NCBI GenBank assembly: GCA_964528435.1
Contig: CAZGSK010000001.1
Location: forward strand, 1 to 49,637
DNA length: 49,637 nt
Origin: an uncultured Sulfurimonas sp.
GTDB lineage: Bacteria > Campylobacterota > Campylobacteria > Campylobacterales > Sulfurimonadaceae
Direction of reading: 5' to 3'
Shown here: piece after piece, positions 9,280 through 19,084 of the stretch
How positions within the stretch are numbered: position 1 is the stretch's first letter
Layout: every line of letters begins with the position of its first letter
Notes under the pieces: generated by a model
What the model was told of the DNA's origin: nothing
What the model saw: only the letters and a program-made list of their open reading frames with translations
The model's database searches: none
Position numbers and translations under genes: made by a program

Positions 9280-9744
9280 TTATTCCTTTAGGGTTGATTG
9301 GTTGTTTTTGAGTGTCTCTTCTTTTAATTTTTCTAAAAACTCTAAAATATTCTTTTGATATGCAAGCGTGTCATCATCACTGCTATAAACTAGAAAATTT
9401 CTTAATGATTCAATATCTATCTTCTTGGCATATCTTGGAACAATTTTTAGCTCTTTTTGTATAGTGCTTACGAGAAGGTCTAAATCTAAGGAGTTTCGTT
9501 TTTTTACTTTTTCAACAAGTTCTTTTGTTGTCAGTAGTAAAAGGTTCGCTCTGTCTTCATCTTTTTTATAGATTTTGCTTGCAAGTTCTTTTACAAGTAT
9601 GAAATTTTCAATTCTTGGTTTTTCATTGGCTGCAATTATGAGTGCAAAAATTTTGGCACGAAATTCTAAAGAGCCATGATGATGGACAAATAATTCGCGA
9701 AATGCGTTGAAAAAATAGTGTTTAATTCTAAAAGAGAGTTTCAT
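9280..9744 (-). CDS. Hypothetical protein (helical, possibly TerB-like)
   Basis: 154-aa ORF with SD GAGGA, directly upstream of metY. Confidence 0.7.
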   Translation of the reverse strand: MKLSFRIKHYFFNAFRELFVHHHGSLEFRAKIFALIIAANEKPRIENFILVKELASKIYKKDEDRANLLLLTTKELVEKVKKRNSLDLDLLVSTIQKELKIVPRYAKKIDIESLRNFLVYSSDDDTLAYQKNILEFLEKLKEETLKNNQSTLKE

Positions 9745-9787
9745 TTGTATTCCTCATAATGGTATTATACACTTATAGTTTTGAAAA

Positions 9788-9796
9788 TGGTATAAT
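9788..9796 (+). promoter_or_regulatory. Extended -10 promoter for yebC-yigZ
   Basis: TGGTATAAT (TGnTATAAT). Confidence 0.65.
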
Positions 9797-9823
9797 TGCG
9801 AAAAAATATAGGTAGGAATTTTT

Positions 9824-10534
9824 ATGGGTAGAGCGTTTGAATATAGAAAAGCATCAAAATTAAAAAGATGGGGAGCAATGTCTAAGCTGTTTCCTAAACT
9901 TGGTAAAGTTATTACAATGGCGGCAAAAGAGGGTGGAATGGATCCTGATCTTAATCCAAAACTGCGTACGGCAATTTTAAATGCCAAAGCAGAAAATATG
10001 CCAAAAGACAATATTGATGCTGCTATAAAAAGAGCTGCTGCAAAAGATAGTGCAGATATGAAAGAGGTAAACTTTGAGGGTAAAGCACCTCACGGAGTAC
10101 TGCTTTTTATAGAGTGTGCTACAGATAACAACACACGTACTGTTGCAAATGTAAAAAGTATTTTAAATAAAAATGGCGGTGAAATGCTGACAAATGGTTC
10201 ACTTGAGTTTATGTTCTCACGTAAGGCGATTTTTGAGTTTAATTTAAAAGATGATATGGACCTCGAAGAGTTAGAACTTGAACTTATTGATGCTGGTCTT
10301 GAAGAGATTGAAGAGGAAGATGGTCTTGTTTTGGCAACAGCCGATTATACTGCATTTGGTACAATGAATGAAGCTTTAGAGGGTATGGGTGTTGAGATAA
10401 CAAAAGCAACTTTAGAGAGAATTGCAAATACCCCAATTGAGATCAGTGAAGAGGATCAAGCCGATGTTGATAAGATTTTAGAGAGACTTGAAGATGACGA
10501 GGATGTGCAGAAAGTTTATACAAACTTAGCATAA
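9824..10534 (+). CDS. yebC: YebC/PmpR family protein
   Basis: [31 protein letters not shown] and [11 protein letters not shown] motifs. Confidence 0.95.
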   Translation: MGRAFEYRKASKLKRWGAMSKLFPKLGKVITMAAKEGGMDPDLNPKLRTAILNAKAENMPKDNIDAAIKRAAAKDSADMKEVNFEGKAPHGVLLFIECATDNNTRTVANVKSILNKNGGEMLTNGSLEFMFSRKAIFEFNLKDDMDLEELELELIDAGLEEIEEEDGLVLATADYTAFGTMNEALEGMGVEITKATLERIANTPIEISEEDQADVDKILERLEDDEDVQKVYTNLA

Positions 10535-11106
10535 TGCAAACACTCAAAGAACATTTTTCTACTACATTAGAGGTGAAGCAATCTAAATTTATTGCTCACC
10601 TCATTCCTTATGAACTTTATGAGACTACGCTCCAACAACTAAAAGAAGAGCATCCAAAAGCAAGACATTTTGTTACTGCGTACAGATATCTTAATGACTA
10701 CACTCAAGTAGTTGAGCACTCAAGTGATGATGGAGAGCCAAAAGGAACTTCAGGTAAACCATCTTTAATGGTCTTACAAGGAAAAAATCTCATTAATATT
10801 GCTGTTATCATTGTTCGTTACTTTGGTGGAACAAAACTGGGTACTGGTGGTTTGGTTCGCGCTTATAGTGATGCTGTAAATCTAGTTGTTGAAAAAGCCG
10901 ATTTGATTGAATATCGAGAAGAGAGTGTAAAAACCATTGAGATAGAGTATGGAGACGTTCGTTTTGTTGATTATGAAATTGAAGCTCATAATATTACAGT
11001 TACTGCAAAAGAGTTTGATACGAAAGTAGTCTATACGATTAAAGGGATTAAAGAAGATTTAGAGAGTTTTCTTACAAAACTTGCAAGAGTAGTCACTCTC
11101 AAATAG
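10534..11106 (+). CDS. yigZ: YigZ/IMPACT family protein
   Basis: SDDGEPKGTSGKP and VRYFGGTKLGTGGLVRAY motifs. Confidence 0.93.
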   Translation: MQTLKEHFSTTLEVKQSKFIAHLIPYELYETTLQQLKEEHPKARHFVTAYRYLNDYTQVVEHSSDDGEPKGTSGKPSLMVLQGKNLINIAVIIVRYFGGTKLGTGGLVRAYSDAVNLVVEKADLIEYREESVKTIEIEYGDVRFVDYEIEAHNITVTAKEFDTKVVYTIKGIKEDLESFLTKLARVVTLK

Positions 11107-11121
11107 ATAAGCAAAAGTTAC

Positions 11122-12369
11122 TTATCTTCTTCCTTGAACAGCGTTCCCCATATCCCACATAGGTAAGAAAATACCAAGAGCGAGTAAGATAACCATCGAT
11201 GCAATGATAAGAAGCATAATAGGCTCAATTGCTTCACTCAGACCATCAATAATAGCATCAAAACGCATTTTATAATACTCTGCTACTTTTTGAACCATTG
11301 TATCGAGTGTACCACTGTCTTCACCGGCACGTACCATCTGAATAATCATATTCTCAAAAAGTCCAGTCTCTTCGAGACCTTTATTGAGTGCGCCACCTTT
11401 TTCAACAGTCATGATAACAGATCGGAGCTTTTTTTTCAGTGGAAGTGAATCAACCATATCAATAGCAGTATCAAGAGCTTCTGCAATAGGAATACCGGCA
11501 CGGATAAGCTCAGAGAATACAAGTGTAAAACGACTTAGTGTTGAAAATTTAATGATATTTTTAATAAGATATGTTCGCAGGAGAAATGTATGCCATTTGT
11601 AACGTATATCTTCATAATTGGTAATGAGATAATTAAAGACAAAATAAAAGAGTGCAATTCCAACCAAGATATATGGTCCAAAGTTATTAAAGAGATACTC
11701 AAGTTTAAGAAGTATGATAGTTGGGAGTGGTAACTCTGCGTGCAACTGTTCAAAGATTTCTTTAAATTTTGGTACAACATATGAAATGAGAATTATGAAT
11801 GCAATAGCCATTGCAATCATAACATTTCTTGGGTATGCCATTGCCTTTTTGAACTTGACAATATTGGCACGAATCTCTTCAAGCATATCGGCAAGAGAGT
11901 AGAGTGCTTCATCAAGATTACCAGTTTTTTCTCCAAGTTGAATCATGGCAATCGTCAAGTTTCCAACTTCAAAACGGAAGTTTTCCATTGCTGATGAAAA
12001 TGAGCGTCCGGAGTTAATGTCATCTGCTACTTTTGAAAAAACAGTCTCTAGTGCATCATCTGTTGTAGCGTTTGCAATTTCATTGAGTGAATCATGGATG
12101 GATATACCGGCATTTGTCATAACGGCTAGTTGTCGTATAGCAGCGATGAGGGCATCTGGCTTAATTTTTCTTTTTTTGATATTTTTTAAAAGATCTGCTT
12201 TGATTCTTCTAAATTTATCTTCAAGTGGCTCTGCTGCTTCTTCAACTTTGATGATAATTCCAGAGAGCTTGAGTTTTGCATAACTGTTTGCCTCTTTCTT
12301 ATTTTCAGCATACAAACCAACCTTCTCTTTTTTTCCTTTTGTTAGAACTGTTACTAAAAAATACTTCAT
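11122..12369 (-). CDS. T2SS F / PilC / MshG (CtsF) inner-membrane platform protein
   Basis: Two GspF repeats: GEKTGNLDEAL...AMAYP and GEDSGTLD...IEPIML...LPMWDM. Confidence 0.93.
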   Translation of the reverse strand: MKYFLVTVLTKGKKEKVGLYAENKKEANSYAKLKLSGIIIKVEEAAEPLEDKFRRIKADLLKNIKKRKIKPDALIAAIRQLAVMTNAGISIHDSLNEIANATTDDALETVFSKVADDINSGRSFSSAMENFRFEVGNLTIAMIQLGEKTGNLDEALYSLADMLEEIRANIVKFKKAMAYPRNVMIAMAIAFIILISYVVPKFKEIFEQLHAELPLPTIILLKLEYLFNNFGPYILVGIALFYFVFNYLITNYEDIRYKWHTFLLRTYLIKNIIKFSTLSRFTLVFSELIRAGIPIAEALDTAIDMVDSLPLKKKLRSVIMTVEKGGALNKGLEETGLFENMIIQMVRAGEDSGTLDTMVQKVAEYYKMRFDAIIDGLSEAIEPIMLLIIASMVILLALGIFLPMWDMGNAVQGRR

Positions 12370-14102
12370 CCCTTTGCCACCTTTAATACTTCTTCAATAC
12401 TTGTAATACCATCAATTGCTTTTTGCAGACCATTTTGGAAAATAGGTATGAAACCTTCTTTCATGGCTTGCGCAAGCATAGCTTCTTTTGATGCACCTTT
12501 TGCAATCAAAGATGAGAGTTCTTCTGAGATATTTAAAACCTCACAAATCATCTCACGTCCCATATAACCTGTTCCGCCACACTCTTTACAACCTTTTCCT
12601 TTATAAAAAGTTGTTCCCTCTGGTACAACACCTTCTATCTCTTCTAAAACGGAGGCTGAAAGTGCATCTTCTATTTTGCAGTGAACACAGATCTTTCTAA
12701 CAAGTCTTTGCGCCTGTATAGCAACAAGTGCACCACTGATTAAATAATGCTCTATACCCATATCTGCCATACGTGGAATAGCTGATATAGAATCGTTGGT
12801 ATGAAGTGTAGAAATGACCATATGTCCTGTTAATGCGGCTTTAATCGCAATCTCAAGTGTTTCTTGATCTCGAATCTCTCCAATCATAATTTTATCAGGG
12901 TCTTGACGTAAAATTGAGCGGAGTGCATCTGCAAATGAAAGACCAACTTTTGCATTTACTTGAACCTGTTGGATAAGATTCATTCTATACTCAACAGGGT
13001 CTTCAACAGTAATTACTTTATCTTCTACGTTTCTTAGCTCATTTAAAGCGCCATAAAGTGTTGTTGTTTTACCTGAACCTGTTGGTCCTGTTACGAGTAT
13101 GATACCATAAGGAGCCTGCAGACCTTTGAGTAGTTTATGATAACTGACACTATCCATTCCTGCATCTTCAAGTTTTACAAGTGCTTTTTGTTTGTCAAGT
13201 ACACGCATAACAATAGATTCACCATAAAGGATCGGCAGTGTTGAGATACGAAAGTCATACTCACGTGAGCCTACTGCTGTAGAGAAACGTCCATCTTGAG
13301 GTTTTCTTTTTTCTGCGATATCTAAGTTTGCAAGAAGCTTCAAACGGGATGCTAGAGGAGGGTAGATGTCTTTTTCAAAAATAAACATCTCTGTAAGTTT
13401 ACCATCGACACGACCACGAACAACACAGTTTTTTTCAGTCGGCTCAACATGAATATCACTTGCGCGCCCATTAATACAGGTCTTAAGAATAACATCAATA
13501 AGAAGTAAAATAGAAGAGGCCTCTTGCTGCTCTTCAAGTGTAGAGATAGAGTTCAACTCTTCACGAATTTTACGAACCAAATCTTTTACACTGTCTTTAA
13601 GACTTATTTTGTAAAGATAGGTCTCTATCTGTTTTTTTGTTGCTAAGGCAATTTTTAGTATTTTTCTTGGAAAAAGTCTCTGAATAGCCTCTTGCGCATC
13701 AATATCAAGAGGATCATTAAATGCAACAGTAATGCTCATATCATCTTGTGAGATAGGGATAGCATGGTGTTTTTGAAATTGTGCAAAAGGGACATTTGCT
13801 GTTAAGTTATAATCCATATCTATAGAGTCTAAATCTACAAACATTAAATCAAGTTCTTCTGCCAGTTTTTGTAAAACGGCACTCTCTGAAATATAGTCAT
13901 AATCATCTATAATAGAGAGATTATAGACACCATCACGTACTTGTTTAACAATGTATCTGATAAGTCTATCCATTGTCATAAAACCAGATAAGGTTATATC
14001 ACGTAAGATAAGATTTTCGCTGATTCCTTTTGCAAGCAGTCTGTCTACTTGCCCTTTCATTATGGAACCATTGGCAAGTAAATCTGTTGTAATTCTATCC
14101 AC
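12366..14102 (-). CDS. GspE/PilB/MshE (CtsE) assembly ATPase
   Basis: ASDIHVEP, PQDGR, GPTGSGKTTTLY, LRQDPD and CVHC/CKEC zinc motifs. Confidence 0.95.
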   Translation of the reverse strand: MDRITTDLLANGSIMKGQVDRLLAKGISENLILRDITLSGFMTMDRLIRYIVKQVRDGVYNLSIIDDYDYISESAVLQKLAEELDLMFVDLDSIDMDYNLTANVPFAQFQKHHAIPISQDDMSITVAFNDPLDIDAQEAIQRLFPRKILKIALATKKQIETYLYKISLKDSVKDLVRKIREELNSISTLEEQQEASSILLLIDVILKTCINGRASDIHVEPTEKNCVVRGRVDGKLTEMFIFEKDIYPPLASRLKLLANLDIAEKRKPQDGRFSTAVGSREYDFRISTLPILYGESIVMRVLDKQKALVKLEDAGMDSVSYHKLLKGLQAPYGIILVTGPTGSGKTTTLYGALNELRNVEDKVITVEDPVEYRMNLIQQVQVNAKVGLSFADALRSILRQDPDKIMIGEIRDQETLEIAIKAALTGHMVISTLHTNDSISAIPRMADMGIEHYLISGALVAIQAQRLVRKICVHCKIEDALSASVLEEIEGVVPEGTTFYKGKGCKECGGTGYMGREMICEVLNISEELSSLIAKGASKEAMLAQAMKEGFIPIFQNGLQKAIDGITSIEEVLKVAKG

Positions 14103-14111
14103 TTTTTTTCC

Positions 14112-14660
14112 TTACCAGTATATATGTCTTTTTAAAAGCATTGTATCATAATACTCATCAATAACCATTTTGGCAATTTTATAATCCCTGGTTAAATAGA
14201 GTTTATAAGTGAGCTTTTTATCTTTTGGATCTTCAAAGAGATAAAAAGCACGTTTTTCATGTTTTCCAAGTTTTGCATAAAGATCAAAGACTTTTGAAAG
14301 TACATAATCGGTTGTTGGGAGTTTTAACTCTGAGAGCTCATATCCATCAACTAAAGAGTGATAAAGAAGCTTTTTTTGCATTAAAATAACTGAAAAATAT
14401 GCTGAATTAGCACGTGCTTCTTTTGAAAACTTAAGGACTGCAGTAGGAACAGCAAGTCGGTCAATATAGTCAGAGTTTAAACAAGCAAAAGCATAGAGTG
14501 AGACAAACTCTTCATCACGTTTATATTTTGTAAAGTTATCAAATCCCATAGTACAAACTTTAGCGAATTTATTGTTTTGATAAAGTCCAAACATCTCTTG
14601 CTTGACATCAATTGCATAACAATTTGCTAAAAAAAGTAAAAAAATTAGTAATAGTCTCAT
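14112..14660 (-). CDS. Hypothetical exported protein in pilus cluster
   Basis: N-terminal signal peptide; overlaps the upstream gene (ATGA coupling). Confidence 0.75.
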   Translation of the reverse strand: MRLLLIFLLFLANCYAIDVKQEMFGLYQNNKFAKVCTMGFDNFTKYKRDEEFVSLYAFACLNSDYIDRLAVPTAVLKFSKEARANSAYFSVILMQKKLLYHSLVDGYELSELKLPTTDYVLSKVFDLYAKLGKHEKRAFYLFEDPKDKKLTYKLYLTRDYKIAKMVIDEYYDTMLLKRHIYW

Positions 14661-15553
14661 TTAAATTTTCCTGATTTAATGTCGTTAAGTAAAATTCTAG
14701 CATTTCCTGAATGAGAGTATTTTAGATACTCTCTGAGTGTTTTAATAGCCATCTCTCTTTTATTGAGTTTTACTAAAGATTTTGCAAAAATCAACCAGCT
14801 ATCTTCAATATCATTATTGATTCCATTGGTTACTAGAGCATAATTATATGCCTGTTCATAATCACCAAGTTCATAGTATTTTTTTGCAACAAAAAGACTA
14901 AGTGCAGGGTTGTTATTCTTTTTAAAGCGTGAAATAATCTCTTTAATGTCATTTTGAGAATCACGTCTTTCAATAGTAATTATCTGTTTTTTATATGGTT
15001 TTTGTGTACTATCTTTTTTAACTATTTTAACAGGAGCTTCTTGTGTTTTTATTTTCTTTGCTTTACTTTTTTGTTCAATCTCCATATACTCTTCTTCAAC
15101 AATATTCTCTTGAACAACTTTTCTTTTTTTTAGAGTTTTCTTTTTTACAGGAGATGCAACTTTATAATAAGGCTGCTGCTCTTCATTTTGCATGCGTCTC
15201 ATAAAGTCCATAGAAGGTGAAAGTGTTAACTTTTCTTCATCTGCTTGAATTAATTGCTTAGGTTGAGTATCAACTACTTTTTCAATAGGAGGCTGTACTA
15301 TTTCTTTGGGTGTGGAAATGTTTTGCTCTTTTTGAATATTTTGTATTATTGGTTTTTTTATTTCTTCTTGTACTATTGATTTTTTTGTAATTATAGCAGG
15401 ACTTTTTTGCTCTTTGTCTGTAGTAGAAGTTGCAAAGATAGATACTATGCCTATAATAACTATAAGACTTAGCAAAATAATAGCATGTGGAATATAACTC
15501 TTTATTTTATATCTAAGCCAACGTTTTTCCAATTCTCTTGTATTAAGCATCAA
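14657..15553 (-). CDS. Membrane-anchored TPR protein (CtsX/MshN-like)
   Basis: N-terminal TM, K/E/Q-rich linker, C-terminal TPR (AKKYYELGDYEQAYNYAL). Confidence 0.75.
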   Translation of the reverse strand: MMLNTRELEKRWLRYKIKSYIPHAIILLSLIVIIGIVSIFATSTTDKEQKSPAIITKKSIVQEEIKKPIIQNIQKEQNISTPKEIVQPPIEKVVDTQPKQLIQADEEKLTLSPSMDFMRRMQNEEQQPYYKVASPVKKKTLKKRKVVQENIVEEEYMEIEQKSKAKKIKTQEAPVKIVKKDSTQKPYKKQIITIERRDSQNDIKEIISRFKKNNNPALSLFVAKKYYELGDYEQAYNYALVTNGINNDIEDSWLIFAKSLVKLNKREMAIKTLREYLKYSHSGNARILLNDIKSGKFK

Positions 15554-16352
15554 TTAAACCTGTATGTATAGCTGCCATCTCAATAAGCTTTGTTGAGATC
15601 TGATTTGTTTTTATAGAGTAGAGCTGATTGCTTTTCTCGTAAGCAGTGTATATGTCAAAGAGTCCGTAGAGAAGTTTATTTGTATCTCTATAGTTCCCAT
15701 TTGTAAATTTATATATTCTATTGACAACTTTTGAGTTGAACATACTTGCAGTGTCAAAGCAGTTTGCTTTCATCAGTTTTTTCTGTATATATATTTTAAG
15801 TTCTGCCTGTGAAGAGTTTTCAAGCTCTATGGTCTCCCAAATCCTCGTTTGAAAATGCTCTTTTGCAATGAGGTCTTCTTTTTCAGTTTTATGTAGCGCA
15901 ATAACAAACTTTAAAGTTCTTGTGTCGGATAAAAGACGAATTTTTTCCATTAACTTTTCTGAATAGAGTTGTGCTTCATCCAGTAAAATAACGGGAACGT
16001 GATTCAGTTCTTTATCTTTAACAATTTTCATAAACTGCGTAAAGTTTAATTCTCCTGCATATTTGGTTCCAAAAACATCCTGTGCAAGTGTTTTATAAAA
16101 TTCACTTTCATCCAAGATTGGAGTTTCATATAAAAAGACATTTTGTGTTTCAGCCAGATCAAGAGAGAGTTTTGTTAAAAACATACTTTTTCCTGTTCCT
16201 GGCTTTCCATAAAGAAGGATCATTTTAAGTGGTTTTTTTATAGAGTCTTTGAGTGACTGATAGATTGTCGAGACTCTGTCAAGTTGGACATAATCTTTAG
16301 GATTTACAGTATCTAAGAAAACATTTTTAGAATTTACAAAGATACTTTCCAT
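15543..16352 (-). CDS. ExeA/MshM/CtsP-like AAA ATPase
   Basis: Walker A GKPGTGKS, Walker B ILLDEAQ, TNGNYR; follows the secretin. Confidence 0.85.
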   Translation of the reverse strand: MESIFVNSKNVFLDTVNPKDYVQLDRVSTIYQSLKDSIKKPLKMILLYGKPGTGKSMFLTKLSLDLAETQNVFLYETPILDESEFYKTLAQDVFGTKYAGELNFTQFMKIVKDKELNHVPVILLDEAQLYSEKLMEKIRLLSDTRTLKFVIALHKTEKEDLIAKEHFQTRIWETIELENSSQAELKIYIQKKLMKANCFDTASMFNSKVVNRIYKFTNGNYRDTNKLLYGLFDIYTAYEKSNQLYSIKTNQISTKLIEMAAIHTGLIDA

Positions 16353-16364
16353 ATAGTAGATCCC

Positions 16365-18002
16365 CTATTTTTCATTATTTGTAGTGTTGTCTTCGTTTTT
16401 TGCAACTTTTTTTGCAACTTTTGAGGCAGACTCTAATTCAATAAGATCATTACTTAAACCTTCATATCCTAAGTCTGAGAGTGAAACACTGTTTTTTTCT
16501 TTATGAATAATATGTGGTTCAATGATAATAACAAGCTCTTGTGTTGTTTTTGTCATTTCTTCACGTTTAAAAAGATAGCTGAGTATTGGAATATCACCTA
16601 AAATTGGGACTTTGCTCGTTTTATTTGAGTTTTTCGTATTAATGAGACCACCTAAGATAATTCTATTACCATCTTTTACTGTTACAACTGAAGAGAGTTG
16701 ACGACGTGCTAAATCGGGTGGCATCTCTCTACCAGTATTTGGGGTATCTGCCATATTTGTTGTTGTTTGAGAGAGTGATGGATTGATTCTGAGTGTAATT
16801 GTTTTATCATCAGAAATTTCAGGAGTAATTGTTAAGAGTACTCCTGCAAAGACTGACTGTACATTTTCATCTTGGGTTGTTGCTGCAACACCACCACCAG
16901 TTCCTTGCTGGTTCGTTGATGATTTTATCTTATAAAAATATTCAGTTCCAGCAGTGATAAGGGCTGGTTGATTGTTGAGTGTTAGAACTTTAGGATTGGA
17001 AATAGAGTTTACATCACCCTGTGTTTTTAAAAATTTGATAACTTCACTCAATTTTCCACCTGCCTTTATGCTAACCAAACTTGCTGCACCTTTCATAGCA
17101 TTGCCACTTGATCTGATAAGGTGCTCGGAAATATCAACAGAAGTACCATCCTCTGTAGTATATTTTGTAACATCTTTACTTTTAATATTTTGGAGTCCTA
17201 TTTGAATATTTTGTAAAGCATAAAGTTGAGCCCAGTCAATACCTGTAGTTTTTCCTTCTTTCATAGTTACAGCTAAAAGCTGTACATCAATAAGAACTTG
17301 GAGTTGTACTTTTTCTTGAAGTTTTTTCAGGTACGCCTCGAATCTTTTTAACTGTTTTGCTGTTGCGGTAACAGTAATTAAACCTGCATTCTTATTGATG
17401 ATAGGAGCCGGTGCATGGTAACTGTCTGTTGGACGATTAAGAACATGTTGAAATTCTGTATCAAGTTGTTCCCAAAATTTTACTTCATCTGTGCTTTCAA
17501 TTTTGATACCACTATCTGCTGTAGAGTTTGTTCCTCCTCCTACAGCACCTTCTGTGGAATTACTTCCTCCACCTGTTGTACTATCTTGCCCGCCATTTGA
17601 TGAAGAGCTAAGTGTGACATCTGTGCTACCACTACTTTTTCTTTGTGAAAGGATATAGTCAATATTGAAGACTTTTGTTTGTAAGTAAGAGATTTTAAGT
17701 AGGTTGTTCTCTAGTTTATAGGAAAGATTATTTTCTGATAAAATGATATTGAGTACTTCATCAATTGTAAGGTTCTTTAAATTTGTCTTATTTAACCTAG
17801 TTTGAAGATACTTTTCTGCATTAGGATCAGTAATGATAATACTAAAACCACACTCATCACTGAGCTGTTCGATAAAGTCCATAATCTTTGTATTTTTTGA
17901 TGAACTTATACTAAAGAGTTCATATGAACAATCCGCAAAACTACTTGTTGATACCATTGTTGTTAGTATAGCTGCACATAGCGATGTTTTAATAAATTTC
18001 AT
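16365..18002 (-). CDS. MshL/CtsD-type secretin
   Basis: Ser/Gly-rich N2 insert, QVLIDV, SNPKVLTLNNQPA, LGGLI, KVPILGDIPILSYLF and ELVIIIEPHII. Confidence 0.92.
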   Translation of the reverse strand: MKFIKTSLCAAILTTMVSTSSFADCSYELFSISSSKNTKIMDFIEQLSDECGFSIIITDPNAEKYLQTRLNKTNLKNLTIDEVLNIILSENNLSYKLENNLLKISYLQTKVFNIDYILSQRKSSGSTDVTLSSSSNGGQDSTTGGGSNSTEGAVGGGTNSTADSGIKIESTDEVKFWEQLDTEFQHVLNRPTDSYHAPAPIINKNAGLITVTATAKQLKRFEAYLKKLQEKVQLQVLIDVQLLAVTMKEGKTTGIDWAQLYALQNIQIGLQNIKSKDVTKYTTEDGTSVDISEHLIRSSGNAMKGAASLVSIKAGGKLSEVIKFLKTQGDVNSISNPKVLTLNNQPALITAGTEYFYKIKSSTNQQGTGGGVAATTQDENVQSVFAGVLLTITPEISDDKTITLRINPSLSQTTTNMADTPNTGREMPPDLARRQLSSVVTVKDGNRIILGGLINTKNSNKTSKVPILGDIPILSYLFKREEMTKTTQELVIIIEPHIIHKEKNSVSLSDLGYEGLSNDLIELESASKVAKKVAKNEDNTTNNEK

Positions 18003-18011
18003 TTTTTGTTC

Positions 18012-18452
18012 CTACTTATTATTAAATTTAAGGTTTTTACTTTTACTCATAGTAGAGAGAAGTAATTGTTTTTTACCCTTTGTTAAGAGTACTGTTTTGA
18101 GACTGACTTTTTCAAGTTTGTATTCGTAAACTTTTTCACCTTCTCTATACCATTTACCATTAATGAGAGCAGATTTGTTTAAAATTGCTTCTAAAGAAAG
18201 TTTAGATGAGTGTGTATATACTTTCTTAGAGCCAACCTTAGAGTATTTTCTGCTTCTATAAATACTTTTCTTTTTCTTTTTACCCTTTTTCTTTACATAG
18301 ATAAAAGGATCTTTGAGCTTTGCAATTTTTGTATTCTTGATGCCTTGTCTTGGTGGTTTAATTGCTTCTACCTGCTCATCTACCCAAGAAAGTTCATTAC
18401 AAAAAAGCTGTGTAGATAGCAGTAGAAGTAAGATTATAGTTAACTTTTTCAT
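18012..18452 (-). CDS. PilP/MshK-like periplasmic accessory protein
   Basis: Signal peptide, KDPF, SALINGKWYREGE; sits between the PilO-like gene and the secretin. Confidence 0.65.
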   Translation of the reverse strand: MKKLTIILLLLLSTQLFCNELSWVDEQVEAIKPPRQGIKNTKIAKLKDPFIYVKKKGKKKKKSIYRSRKYSKVGSKKVYTHSSKLSLEAILNKSALINGKWYREGEKVYEYKLEKVSLKTVLLTKGKKQLLLSTMSKSKNLKFNNK

Positions 18453-19084
18453 TAGTATTTAATCCCCCATACTGAGATTTTAAAATCTGAATCTAAAGTA
18501 TTTTCTGCTGTCATATTAAAATCATGTATATCTACGACTAGGTCACTTTGTTCCATTGAATTAATGAACTTCACAGTATTTTTGAAGTTTCCTTCTGAAG
18601 AAACTGTTATATCTAAAATATGTCCAAATGAACTTCCTGCCTCTGCATATTTATTGGTTATATTGTTGATTTTTACATGATATTTCTGTGCATTTGTTGT
18701 AATGGAATCAAGATATTCACCCCATGCACTCTCATCATAGATAAGTGAAGAGATAGCTTCGATTTTATGCTTGATGTAAGCATTGTTCTTTTTGTTCATC
18801 ATCATCTCATCATTGAGTTTTTTAATTTCTCTTTCAAGCTGCGTGATTTTTGTTTCAGGATTTCTTTGTAGATACTGTTTATCACTTGCAATCTGTTTTT
18901 CAAGACGTTTAACATTAGCTCGTGTTTGCTCAAAGCTTTCAAATGAGCTGTCCCAAAAGAGAAGGTATGCAAAAGCAAATATAGCGGCAACAATCATGCC
19001 ATATGTCATATATATCTCTTTTTGTTCTTTGCCTTGAAAAGCCTGATCTATTTTATGTAAGTAATCTTCTATATTTATTTTCAT
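18452..19084 (-). CDS. PilO/MshJ-like alignment protein
   Basis: TM + coiled coil + GNFKNTVKFINSMEQ ferredoxin-like motif. Confidence 0.75.
   Translation of the reverse strand: MKINIEDYLHKIDQAFQGKEQKEIYMTYGMIVAAIFAFAYLLFWDSSFESFEQTRANVKRLEKQIASDKQYLQRNPETKITQLEREIKKLNDEMMMNKKNNAYIKHKIEAISSLIYDESAWGEYLDSITTNAQKYHVKINNITNKYAEAGSSFGHILDITVSSEGNFKNTVKFINSMEQSDLVVDIHDFNMTAENTLDSDFKISVWGIKY

Noticed and set aside
17515-17640. Ser/Gly/Thr low-complexity stretch in the secretin
   Set aside because: This is a normal feature of MshL-type secretins, not a repeat element.
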